Shown here: in pieces, positions 8,155 to 16,150 of the stretch | Layout: each line of letters opens with the position of its first letter | Numbering within the stretch: position 1 is the stretch's first letter | Source of the DNA: Patescibacteria group bacterium | Lineage (GTDB): Bacteria; Patescibacteriota; Gracilibacteria; UBA1369 | Direction: 5' to 3' | DNA: 59,578 nt | NCBI GenBank assembly: GCA_018825335.1 | Contig: JAHJEW010000051.1 | Span: forward strand, 1-59,578 | The notes under the pieces: model-generated | Told to the model about the DNA's origin: nothing | Seen by the model: the letters and a program-made list of their open reading frames with translations, nothing else | Database searches by the model: none | Made by a program: the position numbers and the translations under genes

Positions 8155-10197
8155 ATGCCAAAAAATACACCGAAACAAGAACAATCCGGAATCTTAAAAG
8201 ACGCCAAAATGCCGCTGCAGCTATGCCGTGGAACCGTCCATAAAATCAACGGCAAAAAAGTCGAAAACTGCTGGGGAAAGCCAATACCGGAAGGCAACTC
8301 CGGCGCGCTGTATATTGGAAAAACGATTATCGAACCAATTTCCACCAGAATAAGAGCGGTTCTAACGGGCAAAGAACCAGGCCCGCAAAACATTTATTCG
8401 GAGGAATTCATTCAAAGCGCGCTGGAAAACCTGGGGCCGCATTTAAGAATTGGAAATAAAATTTGCATTGTGCAGGCGCGTTGTCTTAGCGAAATTTTCA
8501 ACGGCCCCACGGACACGGAAAACGCCCTTACAATAGAGCGGCAACGTGATTTTATCCGGAAAATTGCGAAAAAAATCGGCATAAAAGAGGAGCAACTGGA
8601 ATTTATAGATCTGGAAGATCAGGTGCGCCACTCCCAGCTTTTTTTGGCTGTAAGGATGTCAATAGATCCGGCAACGGGAAAATTTGATCCTGAAATGGCT
8701 TTTGGCGCAGACAGGGACGAGGATGAAAAAAATGAACCGTTCAGATGGCCGGAATCCGTTTCTCTGGACATCGCCAAATGCCTTTATGAAGCATACAAAG
8801 CCCATCCGGAGTTTGCGGACCTGTTCAGGGAAACAATTCCTAAAGGTCTGGCGGGCGACCGGGAAGATCAAAGCGATCAGCAAAACTACTATTCCCTTGT
8901 GGAAATCGCATGCAGAATTGCGGATCTAAAACACGGAACAAGCTTTCAATGCGGCGCCGGCAGGCAGGCGCGCTACGATAAAATCATTGAGGATCTTCGG
9001 AGAGGGGAAAAAGGACAATTCAAAAAATACCGCGAATTGAAGCCAATATTTGATCTATTAAAAGGAGCCACATTTCAAACATTGCACTTCTTCACGGATG
9101 CCGATTACAGAGGAAAAAAACTGCGCAGAACCAGGGCGCGAACCAAAATAGCCGCCATGGCCGCCATTGGTTTAACCACCCTTGGCACGGCTGCATTCCA
9201 CTCATGCACGTCAGAAATGAGGCAGAGGGAAGAGCAGGAACAACTAATGGAGGAAAAAATCCGGGAGGGAACCAGGCATATAAGATTCAGATTCGAAGGT
9301 TTTTTCATGGATGAACAGGAAAATGTAAAAATGACTTTATCGATTGCAAATTCGGTTCTGGGTAGATTGAAGGAACGCTATCAGATGGGCATATTCATGA
9401 ATAGCGAGCTTAAACCTCTGGTGATAGAGTTTCTTCTGGCAAGCACCGGTCTGTTGCAGCAGGCAAATCAGGACGCGGGAGTGGTAAACGAACTGGCCGA
9501 TCTTTTTGTAAAAAAACATTCACTGTTTCTGGCCCAAAAAGGATTGAATACGACGCAACCTTTCGCCAATTTTACGCCGTACATGGACAAAATCAAAGAA
9601 GCTGCGGTCGGCATGGACGATTTTCAGCTCAATACAATTCTTGCCTCACCCAACCCGGGTAATTTCGACGACGTTGAATCAGTAAACGATCTACATCTAA
9701 AAAAAATCGGAAAATTCACACCATCGGTTCAGTACGGATGGACGCAAACTTTATATATATACGAAAAAAACGGGGAAACCCACATCCTGGGCCGCGACAT
9801 GAGTAAAGAAGATCCAAAAACGGTGGACAGGGTTTTTACGGCTAAAGAAGGGCGCGAGCTGGCACAACAATTCCTTAGCGGATTGCGCAAATACGACACT
9901 CTGCAGATAGCCGACTTAAGGTCGACTCTTTCCAACATGTGCTATAACAAATACAACCCCGGACCAAAAGAAAAAAGTGAGCCGGCCGAATCAAATCCGT
10001 ACAGCCCGTACACGTTTCATTACAAAGATTCACTCGGCGAGTTTGATTATTACCTGCGGCAATCTTACTTCATGGACAAAACAATCAATCACTCCATAGA
10101 CATTATACTTGCGCGCCGCCCCGGAGAGTCGCAATATACATACGAAACAGGCATGGAAGTCGCCCGAAAATACTGTAATATCATGAAATACAGATGA
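8155..10197 (+). CDS. hypothetical ~680-aa protein with one central TM segment
   Basis: Long uninterrupted ORF. The track start at 8137 is TTG and the first ATG is at 8155. A hydrophobic segment IAAMAAIGLTTLGTAAF lies mid-protein and a Glu/Gln-rich segment follows it. The stop overlaps the ATG of the TrmB-like gene (ATGA at 10194-10197). No recognisable catalytic motif. Confidence 0.7.
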   Translation: MPKNTPKQEQSGILKDAKMPLQLCRGTVHKINGKKVENCWGKPIPEGNSGALYIGKTIIEPISTRIRAVLTGKEPGPQNIYSEEFIQSALENLGPHLRIGNKICIVQARCLSEIFNGPTDTENALTIERQRDFIRKIAKKIGIKEEQLEFIDLEDQVRHSQLFLAVRMSIDPATGKFDPEMAFGADRDEDEKNEPFRWPESVSLDIAKCLYEAYKAHPEFADLFRETIPKGLAGDREDQSDQQNYYSLVEIACRIADLKHGTSFQCGAGRQARYDKIIEDLRRGEKGQFKKYRELKPIFDLLKGATFQTLHFFTDADYRGKKLRRTRARTKIAAMAAIGLTTLGTAAFHSCTSEMRQREEQEQLMEEKIREGTRHIRFRFEGFFMDEQENVKMTLSIANSVLGRLKERYQMGIFMNSELKPLVIEFLLASTGLLQQANQDAGVVNELADLFVKKHSLFLAQKGLNTTQPFANFTPYMDKIKEAAVGMDDFQLNTILASPNPGNFDDVESVNDLHLKKIGKFTPSVQYGWTQTLYIYEKNGETHILGRDMSKEDPKTVDRVFTAKEGRELAQQFLSGLRKYDTLQIADLRSTLSNMCYNKYNPGPKEKSEPAESNPYSPYTFHYKDSLGEFDYYLRQSYFMDKTINHSIDIILARRPGESQYTYETGMEVARKYCNIMKYR

Positions 10198-10964
10198 CCC
10201 AAAAACAGCAAATAATTCAGCTCTTGCGCAGAATCGGACTCACCGAAAGTGAAGCCGAACTCTATTTTACCGCGCATAAATACCCGAAACTGACCCTCTC
10301 CGAGCTGCAGAAGAAAACCAATTATTCAACAGCCTCGGTGTACAGAGCCTTCGACAATCTTTACAATCTGGGATTTCTAACAGCATCCCATGAAAACTGG
10401 AAGAAAAATATTGAGGCCGTGTCACTGAAAACCATAAGTGAAAAACTGGCCTGCGAGCAGCGAAAACTAAGAAAAATCGAATTAAAATTCAAACAACTGG
10501 ACAGCCTTATTAACTTCTCCCTGGACGGAGACATGGAAGATCCGCTGGAAATCCACACAGACAAAAACAAAGTCGCGGACAGCTATTTTCAGATTTTAAG
10601 TGAAGATGCATCGAACATGCGGGTATTCGGTTCCGCGGAAAGGCTGATAGACATTTTCGGCTCCGATCTGGAGCGCGCCTTTGTGAATATTAGAAGAAAA
10701 AAAGGAATAAAATGCGACGTCGTTTTAACAGAAAGCGGAGATTACGCAAAAGAACTTATGGCTTCCGAAGGCCGCGAACTGCGAAACACGAAAATCAAAG
10801 TCAGCCCCTCGTTGCAGGATACGATGTGTTACATAAGCGGACAAAAAGCCACAATTCTGCAAAAAAACAAAAACGGTGAAGACAGGGCGGTAGTAATTAA
10901 AGACCCTGCGCTGGTTAAAATGCAGGAAAAATTATTCGATTCCCTCTGGGGAAATTCACCTTAA
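10194..10964 (+). CDS. TrmB-family winged-helix transcriptional regulator
   Basis: The N-terminus LLRRIGLTESEAELYFTAHKYPKLTLSELQKKTNYSTASVYRAFDNLYNLGFL matches the TrmB HTH pattern. 256 aa. Translationally coupled to the upstream gene. Confidence 0.65.
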   Translation: MTQKQQIIQLLRRIGLTESEAELYFTAHKYPKLTLSELQKKTNYSTASVYRAFDNLYNLGFLTASHENWKKNIEAVSLKTISEKLACEQRKLRKIELKFKQLDSLINFSLDGDMEDPLEIHTDKNKVADSYFQILSEDASNMRVFGSAERLIDIFGSDLERAFVNIRRKKGIKCDVVLTESGDYAKELMASEGRELRNTKIKVSPSLQDTMCYISGQKATILQKNKNGEDRAVVIKDPALVKMQEKLFDSLWGNSP

Positions 10965-11034
10965 AGGTGAACTTTTTCTCAAATCAATGAGAAAAGCCGC
11001 AGGTTGGGAAGCGCTTTGAATAAAGGAAAAGAGA

Positions 11035-11063
11035 CCGCGGCCGGCGCGCGCGCGGCCATTTTT
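11035..11063 (+). terminator. candidate Rho-independent terminator after the TrmB-like gene
   Basis: GC-only stem (ccgcg 11035-11039 pairs with cgcgg 11051-11055; other GC registers are possible), followed by a run of 5 T at 11059-11063. Confidence 0.3.
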
Positions 11064-11089
11064 GACAAATTCCAAAACCGATCTATTTT
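11062..11089 (+). promoter_or_regulatory. candidate sigma70-type promoter for the five-gene paralog array
   Basis: TTGACA at 11062-11067, a 16-nt spacer, then TATTTT at 11084-11089, about 60 nt upstream of the ATG at 11150. Confidence 0.3.
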
Positions 11090-11107
11090 AATATCCTAAA
11101 AAACTAA

Positions 11108-11140
11108 CCGACAAGCCTTGTTGACCGACAACGCTTGTCG
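11108..11140. repeat. boundary hairpin motif, copies 2a and 2b (CCGACAAGCCTTGTTGAC then CGACAACGCTTGTCG)
   Basis: Two adjacent copies lie 10 nt upstream of the ATG of paralog copy 4. Copy 2b is a perfect 6-bp stem with a CGC loop. Confidence 0.7.
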
Positions 11141-11149
11141 CCAAATACC

Positions 11150-12790
11150 ATGAACAAAACCTGCGAAACCTGCGGAGAAAATTTTATCCTCTCCGATCTG
11201 GAAATACGGCAATACAAAAAAAACGACGTTACGCCGCTGCCAATATGCTTTCCCTGCCAGCATAAACACAGGCTTTCATTCCGCAACGAAAGAACCCTAT
11301 ACACAAGAAAATGCGATGGCACGGGAGAAAGTATTATCACCATCTATGCGCCGGACAGCCCATACAAGGTATACAAAAACGAATACTGGTACAGCGACAA
11401 ATGGGATCCAATGGAGTACGGAATGGATTTTGACTTCAACCGACCTTTCTTCGATCAGTTGCGCGAGCTAAATCGCAAAGTGCCAAGAGTGGCTTTAATC
11501 AACTTAAAACACGAAAACAGCGACTACTGCAACATGGCAGTCGGCAACAAAAACTGCTACCTGGTCTTTGGCGGCGACTACGACGAAGACTGTATGTACA
11601 TGACATTAAGCTTTTTCTGCAGGGACTGTCTGGACGCCGACTACAGCAACAAAAACGAACTAACCTACATGGCGGACAACACCATGGACTGCTACGACTG
11701 CCAATATATATGGGATTCAAGAAACTGCACAAACTGCTATTTCAGCACCGATTTAAGCGGGTGCACCGAATGTATTTTCTGTAATAATTTACAGAATAAA
11801 TCCTATTGCATAGAAAATAAACAGTACACAAAAGAAGAATATTTAAGGAAGAAAGCAGAAATTCTGGATGGCAGCTACGCGACGCAAAGGAAAAACTGGG
11901 AAAAATTCAGGCATCTCCGCGAAAGCAGAATTGTAAAATACGCCCACATTATGGCCTCCGAAAACTGCACAGGCGATTATATTAAAAACTCAAAAAACTG
12001 CACCAGCTGTTTTGACTGCAGCAACAGCGAAGACGTGTCCGAATCAGTATTTCTGGAAGGAGCAAAAGACGGCTTTAACATAAGCTTTTTAGGACATAAA
12101 TCCGAACTGACCTACAACTGTATTAGCGTAATAACCTCCAGTAACATTTTCGGCAGCTACTTTATTAGCGACAGTAGCGACATTTTTTACTCCGAAATGT
12201 GCCTAAACAGCCAGGATCTTTTCGGATGCCAAGGCCTGCGCCGCAAAAAATACTGCATCCTAAACAAGCAGTACACCAAAGAAGAGTACCAAAAAATGGT
12301 ACCGAAAATAATTGAGCACATGAAAAAAACAGGAGAATGGGGACGATTCCTGCCAAAAGATTTTTCGGCATTTGCCTATAACGAGGGAACCGGCATGCGT
12401 TATTTCCCGCTGACAAAAGAGCAGGCGCTGCAGCAGGGTTTCCGCTGGAGAGACGAAGATGCCAAATCTTTCACGCCACAAACCTATGTTACTCCGGACA
12501 ACATTAAAGATGTACCGGACAGCATAACATCGGAAGTTTTAGCCTGCACCGATTGTAAAAAGAACTTCAAAATACTCCAGGCGGAGCTCCAGTTTTACAG
12601 GAAACTGAACATACCGGCGCCGCGCACATGCGCCGACTGCAGGCAAAAAGCAAGAAATACCTTAAGAAATCCATACGTCCTCCACCTACGCACCTGCAAA
12701 AAGTGCGCGGCGCCTATCCAGACCGCGTACGCCCCGGGCCGCCCCGAAACCGTATACTGCGAAAAATGCTACCTGAAAGAAGTCTACTAA
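11150..12790 (+). CDS. Cys-rich double zinc-ribbon family paralog, copy 4
   Basis: The track start at 11135 is TTG. The ATG at 11150 gives MNKTCETCGENF, matching the other copies (M.K(T/S)C..C). Full-length homology, ending in RPETVYCEKCYLKEVY*. Confidence 0.9.
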   Translation: MNKTCETCGENFILSDLEIRQYKKNDVTPLPICFPCQHKHRLSFRNERTLYTRKCDGTGESIITIYAPDSPYKVYKNEYWYSDKWDPMEYGMDFDFNRPFFDQLRELNRKVPRVALINLKHENSDYCNMAVGNKNCYLVFGGDYDEDCMYMTLSFFCRDCLDADYSNKNELTYMADNTMDCYDCQYIWDSRNCTNCYFSTDLSGCTECIFCNNLQNKSYCIENKQYTKEEYLRKKAEILDGSYATQRKNWEKFRHLRESRIVKYAHIMASENCTGDYIKNSKNCTSCFDCSNSEDVSESVFLEGAKDGFNISFLGHKSELTYNCISVITSSNIFGSYFISDSSDIFYSEMCLNSQDLFGCQGLRRKKYCILNKQYTKEEYQKMVPKIIEHMKKTGEWGRFLPKDFSAFAYNEGTGMRYFPLTKEQALQQGFRWRDEDAKSFTPQTYVTPDNIKDVPDSITSEVLACTDCKKNFKILQAELQFYRKLNIPAPRTCADCRQKARNTLRNPYVLHLRTCKKCAAPIQTAYAPGRPETVYCEKCYLKEVY

Positions 12791-12797
12791 AAAAACC

Positions 12798-14423
12798 ATG
12801 CAAAAAACCTGCCGCCAGTGCGCAAAACAATTCAAAATCACTCGGGAAGATCTGGAACATCTGGACAAAGTCAGCCCAATAATCGGCGGCCAAAAGCAGC
12901 AAATCCTACCGCCTACCCTCTGCCAGGACTGCCGTAGGCAAAGGCGTCTGGCCTTCAGAAACGAACAATACATCTACCTCCGCAAGTGCGACCTTTGCAA
13001 AACGGATATCATTACTATCTATTCACCGGACAAACCGCTGCCCGTATACTGCAGCAAATGCTGGTGGGGCGACGACTGGGACCCACTTGAATGCGGCCGG
13101 AACTTTGATTTTTCCAGACCTTTTTTCGATCAATTCAAAGAACTGTCAGCAAAAGTCCCCGTGCCGCCCAACATGGTTTTTTCGTCCGAAAACTGCGAAT
13201 ACTGCGGCTTCTGCGTCAACTCCAGAAACAGCTATTTATCCAGCCGCGTCGGTGACAGTGAAGACATCTATTACTCATACCTGGCCGTCGGATCGCAAAA
13301 CTGCACAGACTGCTACAATATCATAAACTGCCAGCTCTGCTACGAATGCATCGATTGCTGGAACTGCTACGCTACCGTTTTCAGTCGTCTTTGCAAAACC
13401 ACCAGTGACTCCGCTTTTTGTTACGATTGCATAGGATGCAAAAACTGTTTCGGATGCTTTGGCCTGCGAAACGCCGAGTACTATTTCTTCAATCAAAAAT
13501 GCAGCAAAGAGGAATATGAAAAGAAGGTGCGCGCCCTGCAGCTTGAAAAGCCGGAAAACCTTGAGCGCGCAAAAGAAATGTTCGAAAAATTCATACTGGA
13601 AAAACCACATCGTGCCACCATAATAAACAACTGCCAAAACGTTTCCGGCGATTTTATTGTCGATTCAAAGGATGCTCACGACTGCTACGACATCGAAAAA
13701 ATCGAATCCGCAAAAAACGTCTGGTCCAGCGAATATTCAAAAGACATTTACGATTGCGATTTCATATACGGCGGCGAAAAATGCTACGAAAACATGTCCA
13801 ACGCCAATAGTAACGGCATTTTATTTTCCGCGGTCGCCATTACCGGCGTAAACGACTGTCTTTACTCCGCATTGGTTTGCAACGGCACCCAAAACTGCTT
13901 TGGCTGCGCATCGCTCAAAAAACAAAAACACTGCATCCTCAACAAACAATACTCAAAGGAAGAGTATGAAAATCTTGTCCCCAAAATTATTGAGCACATG
14001 AAAAAAACAGGCGAATGGGGTGAATTTTTCCCGGCTACGCTTTCCAATTTCGCCTATAACGAAACCGTAGCCCAAAGCTATTTCCCGCTAACAAAAGAGC
14101 AGGCACTCACAAACGGCTTTATGTGGAAAGATAGGGAAACGCAGCAAAAACACGCCGCCGCGGAAAACCTAATAACCTGCAAAACCTGTAATAAACAGTT
14201 CAAACTCGTAGCCGCGGAAATAGAATTCTACAAAAAAATGCACCTGCCGCCCCCCGCAAAATGCCACGACTGCCGCCACGCCGCGCGAGGTGCTCTACGA
14301 AGACCCCGCCGCCTATACCCTCGCACCTGCGACAAATGCCAGGATCCCATACAAACCACATTTGCCCCAACCCGTCCCGAAACCGTATACTGCGAATCGT
14401 GCTACCTAAAAGAAGTTTATTAA
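12798..14423 (+). CDS. Cys-rich double zinc-ribbon family paralog, copy 5 (full Cys complement)
   Basis: 541 aa with about 43 Cys by manual count. Starts 7 nt after copy 4 ends. All family motifs are present. Confidence 0.9.
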   Translation: MQKTCRQCAKQFKITREDLEHLDKVSPIIGGQKQQILPPTLCQDCRRQRRLAFRNEQYIYLRKCDLCKTDIITIYSPDKPLPVYCSKCWWGDDWDPLECGRNFDFSRPFFDQFKELSAKVPVPPNMVFSSENCEYCGFCVNSRNSYLSSRVGDSEDIYYSYLAVGSQNCTDCYNIINCQLCYECIDCWNCYATVFSRLCKTTSDSAFCYDCIGCKNCFGCFGLRNAEYYFFNQKCSKEEYEKKVRALQLEKPENLERAKEMFEKFILEKPHRATIINNCQNVSGDFIVDSKDAHDCYDIEKIESAKNVWSSEYSKDIYDCDFIYGGEKCYENMSNANSNGILFSAVAITGVNDCLYSALVCNGTQNCFGCASLKKQKHCILNKQYSKEEYENLVPKIIEHMKKTGEWGEFFPATLSNFAYNETVAQSYFPLTKEQALTNGFMWKDRETQQKHAAAENLITCKTCNKQFKLVAAEIEFYKKMHLPPPAKCHDCRHAARGALRRPRRLYPRTCDKCQDPIQTTFAPTRPETVYCESCYLKEVY

Positions 14424-14439
14424 CCGACAACGCTTGTCT
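14424..14439. repeat. boundary hairpin motif, copy 3 (CCGACAACGCTTGTCT)
   Basis: Starts 1 nt after the TAA of paralog copy 5. Confidence 0.7.
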
Positions 14440-14460
14440 AACCGCTAACCACCGCAAACA

Positions 14461-16137
14461 ATGCAAAAATCCTGCCAAAAATGTAAAACACCGTTTGAAG
14501 TCTCCACATTCGAAAAAGACTTTCTACTTAAAATAAGCCCAAAAATCGGAGAAAAACAGTACATGATCCCGGAGCCGCAAATCTGCCCGGACTGCCGCCT
14601 TGCCGAAAGGACCGTCCAAAGAAACGAGCAAAATTTCTATCACAACAAGTCCGCAATATCAGGAAAACCACTGCTAGCCCTATACGCACCAAATACGCCC
14701 TGGGGCAAAGAGTACAAAGTCTATACCAAGGAAGAATGGAATAGCGACAACTGGGACGGCCTTGATTACGGCAAGAATTTCGATTTCAACAGGCCATTTT
14801 TTGAGCAGTATAAGGAACTGAACGACCAAATCCCAAAAGTGAACATGGTAACTGTAAGCAACGAAAATTCCCCATACACCACAGGCACCGCATATTGCAA
14901 AAATTGCCACCTAATAAACTGCTCGGAAAATTGCGAAGACTGCTATTACGGAAAACTTATTCAGGACTCAAGAGATGTAATAGATTCGGACTTCGTCTAC
15001 GACTCGGAGCTTTTATACCAATGCTTCAACGTGACAAAATGCTACGACTGCAAATACTTATCATACAGCCAAAACTGCTCCGGCTGTTCTTTCTCGGACA
15101 ATTTACGAGGATGCAAAAACTGCTTTCTATGCACAAACCTTGTAAACAAAGAATACCATTTCATGAATAAGCCGCTAAAAAAGGAAGAGTACGAAGCAAA
15201 AGTAAAAGAATTCATGAGCTCAACCGCCAATATCCAAAAGGCAAAAGAGCAATTGAAAAAACTTAGAGAACAGCGCACATACAAATACGCAAACGTCGTA
15301 AATTGCGAAAACTCAACCGGTGATTTCCTTACAAACTGTAAAAACTGCACCGACTGTTACGACGTAAACGACAGCGAAGATTGCAAATACGTCACCGTAG
15401 GAGTAAACGTAAAAGATCTGGTGGACTGCTCAAATATGTATTTAAAGCCGGAATTAAACTATCAAGTCCTTGGTACAATAGAAACATACAATGTTATTTT
15501 CGGAGTGTTCGTCTTTCACAGTCAGAATGTAATGTATAGTCAGTTTTGCTTTAACTCGCAAAATCTTTTTGGATGCAGCGGGCTAAGGCAAAAGAAATAT
15601 TGCATTTTAAACAAGCGGTATTCGCAGGAGGAGTACAATCAACTGGTGCCAAAAATAATTGAGCACATGCAGAAAACGGGTGAATGGGGAAGATTTTTCC
15701 CAATAGAAAGTTCACCCTTCGGATACAACGAAACCGTTGCAAATCAATATTTGCCACTCACAAAAGAAGAAGCATTAAAGCGGGGATACAAATGGAAAGA
15801 GCCCGACATGAAAGAATATAAAGCCCAAAACTGCAATGTCCCGGAAGAAATCGGCCAGGTGAAAGATGACATAATACAGGAAACTCTGGCCTGCAATAAC
15901 TGCTCAAAGAACTACAAAATCATTCCACAGGAACTGAAAAGATTAAGAACAATAGGCTTACCCATACCAACAAAGTGCCCCGACTGCAGACAAATGGAGA
16001 GAATGTCCATGCGCAATCCACGCCGCCTATATGCTCGTACCTGCGACCAATGCGCCGCCCCTATCCAAACCTCATTTGCCCCCTCCCGCCCAGAAACCGT
16101 ATACTGCGAAAAGTGCTATTTGAAAGAAGTTTATTAA
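14461..16137 (+). CDS. Cys-rich double zinc-ribbon family paralog, copy 6
   Basis: 558 aa with family motifs throughout. The second Cys pair set of the N-terminal module is lost (NKSAISGK, KVYTKEEW). Confidence 0.9.
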   Translation: MQKSCQKCKTPFEVSTFEKDFLLKISPKIGEKQYMIPEPQICPDCRLAERTVQRNEQNFYHNKSAISGKPLLALYAPNTPWGKEYKVYTKEEWNSDNWDGLDYGKNFDFNRPFFEQYKELNDQIPKVNMVTVSNENSPYTTGTAYCKNCHLINCSENCEDCYYGKLIQDSRDVIDSDFVYDSELLYQCFNVTKCYDCKYLSYSQNCSGCSFSDNLRGCKNCFLCTNLVNKEYHFMNKPLKKEEYEAKVKEFMSSTANIQKAKEQLKKLREQRTYKYANVVNCENSTGDFLTNCKNCTDCYDVNDSEDCKYVTVGVNVKDLVDCSNMYLKPELNYQVLGTIETYNVIFGVFVFHSQNVMYSQFCFNSQNLFGCSGLRQKKYCILNKRYSQEEYNQLVPKIIEHMQKTGEWGRFFPIESSPFGYNETVANQYLPLTKEEALKRGYKWKEPDMKEYKAQNCNVPEEIGQVKDDIIQETLACNNCSKNYKIIPQELKRLRTIGLPIPTKCPDCRQMERMSMRNPRRLYARTCDQCAAPIQTSFAPSRPETVYCEKCYLKEVY

Positions 16138-16150
16138 TCGTGCGTAAGCT

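Noticed and set aside
11135-11149. TTG start for paralog copy 4 as given in the ORF track
   Set aside because: This extension lies inside the boundary hairpin. The ATG at 11150 reproduces the conserved family N-terminus M-x-K-(T/S)-C-x2-C.
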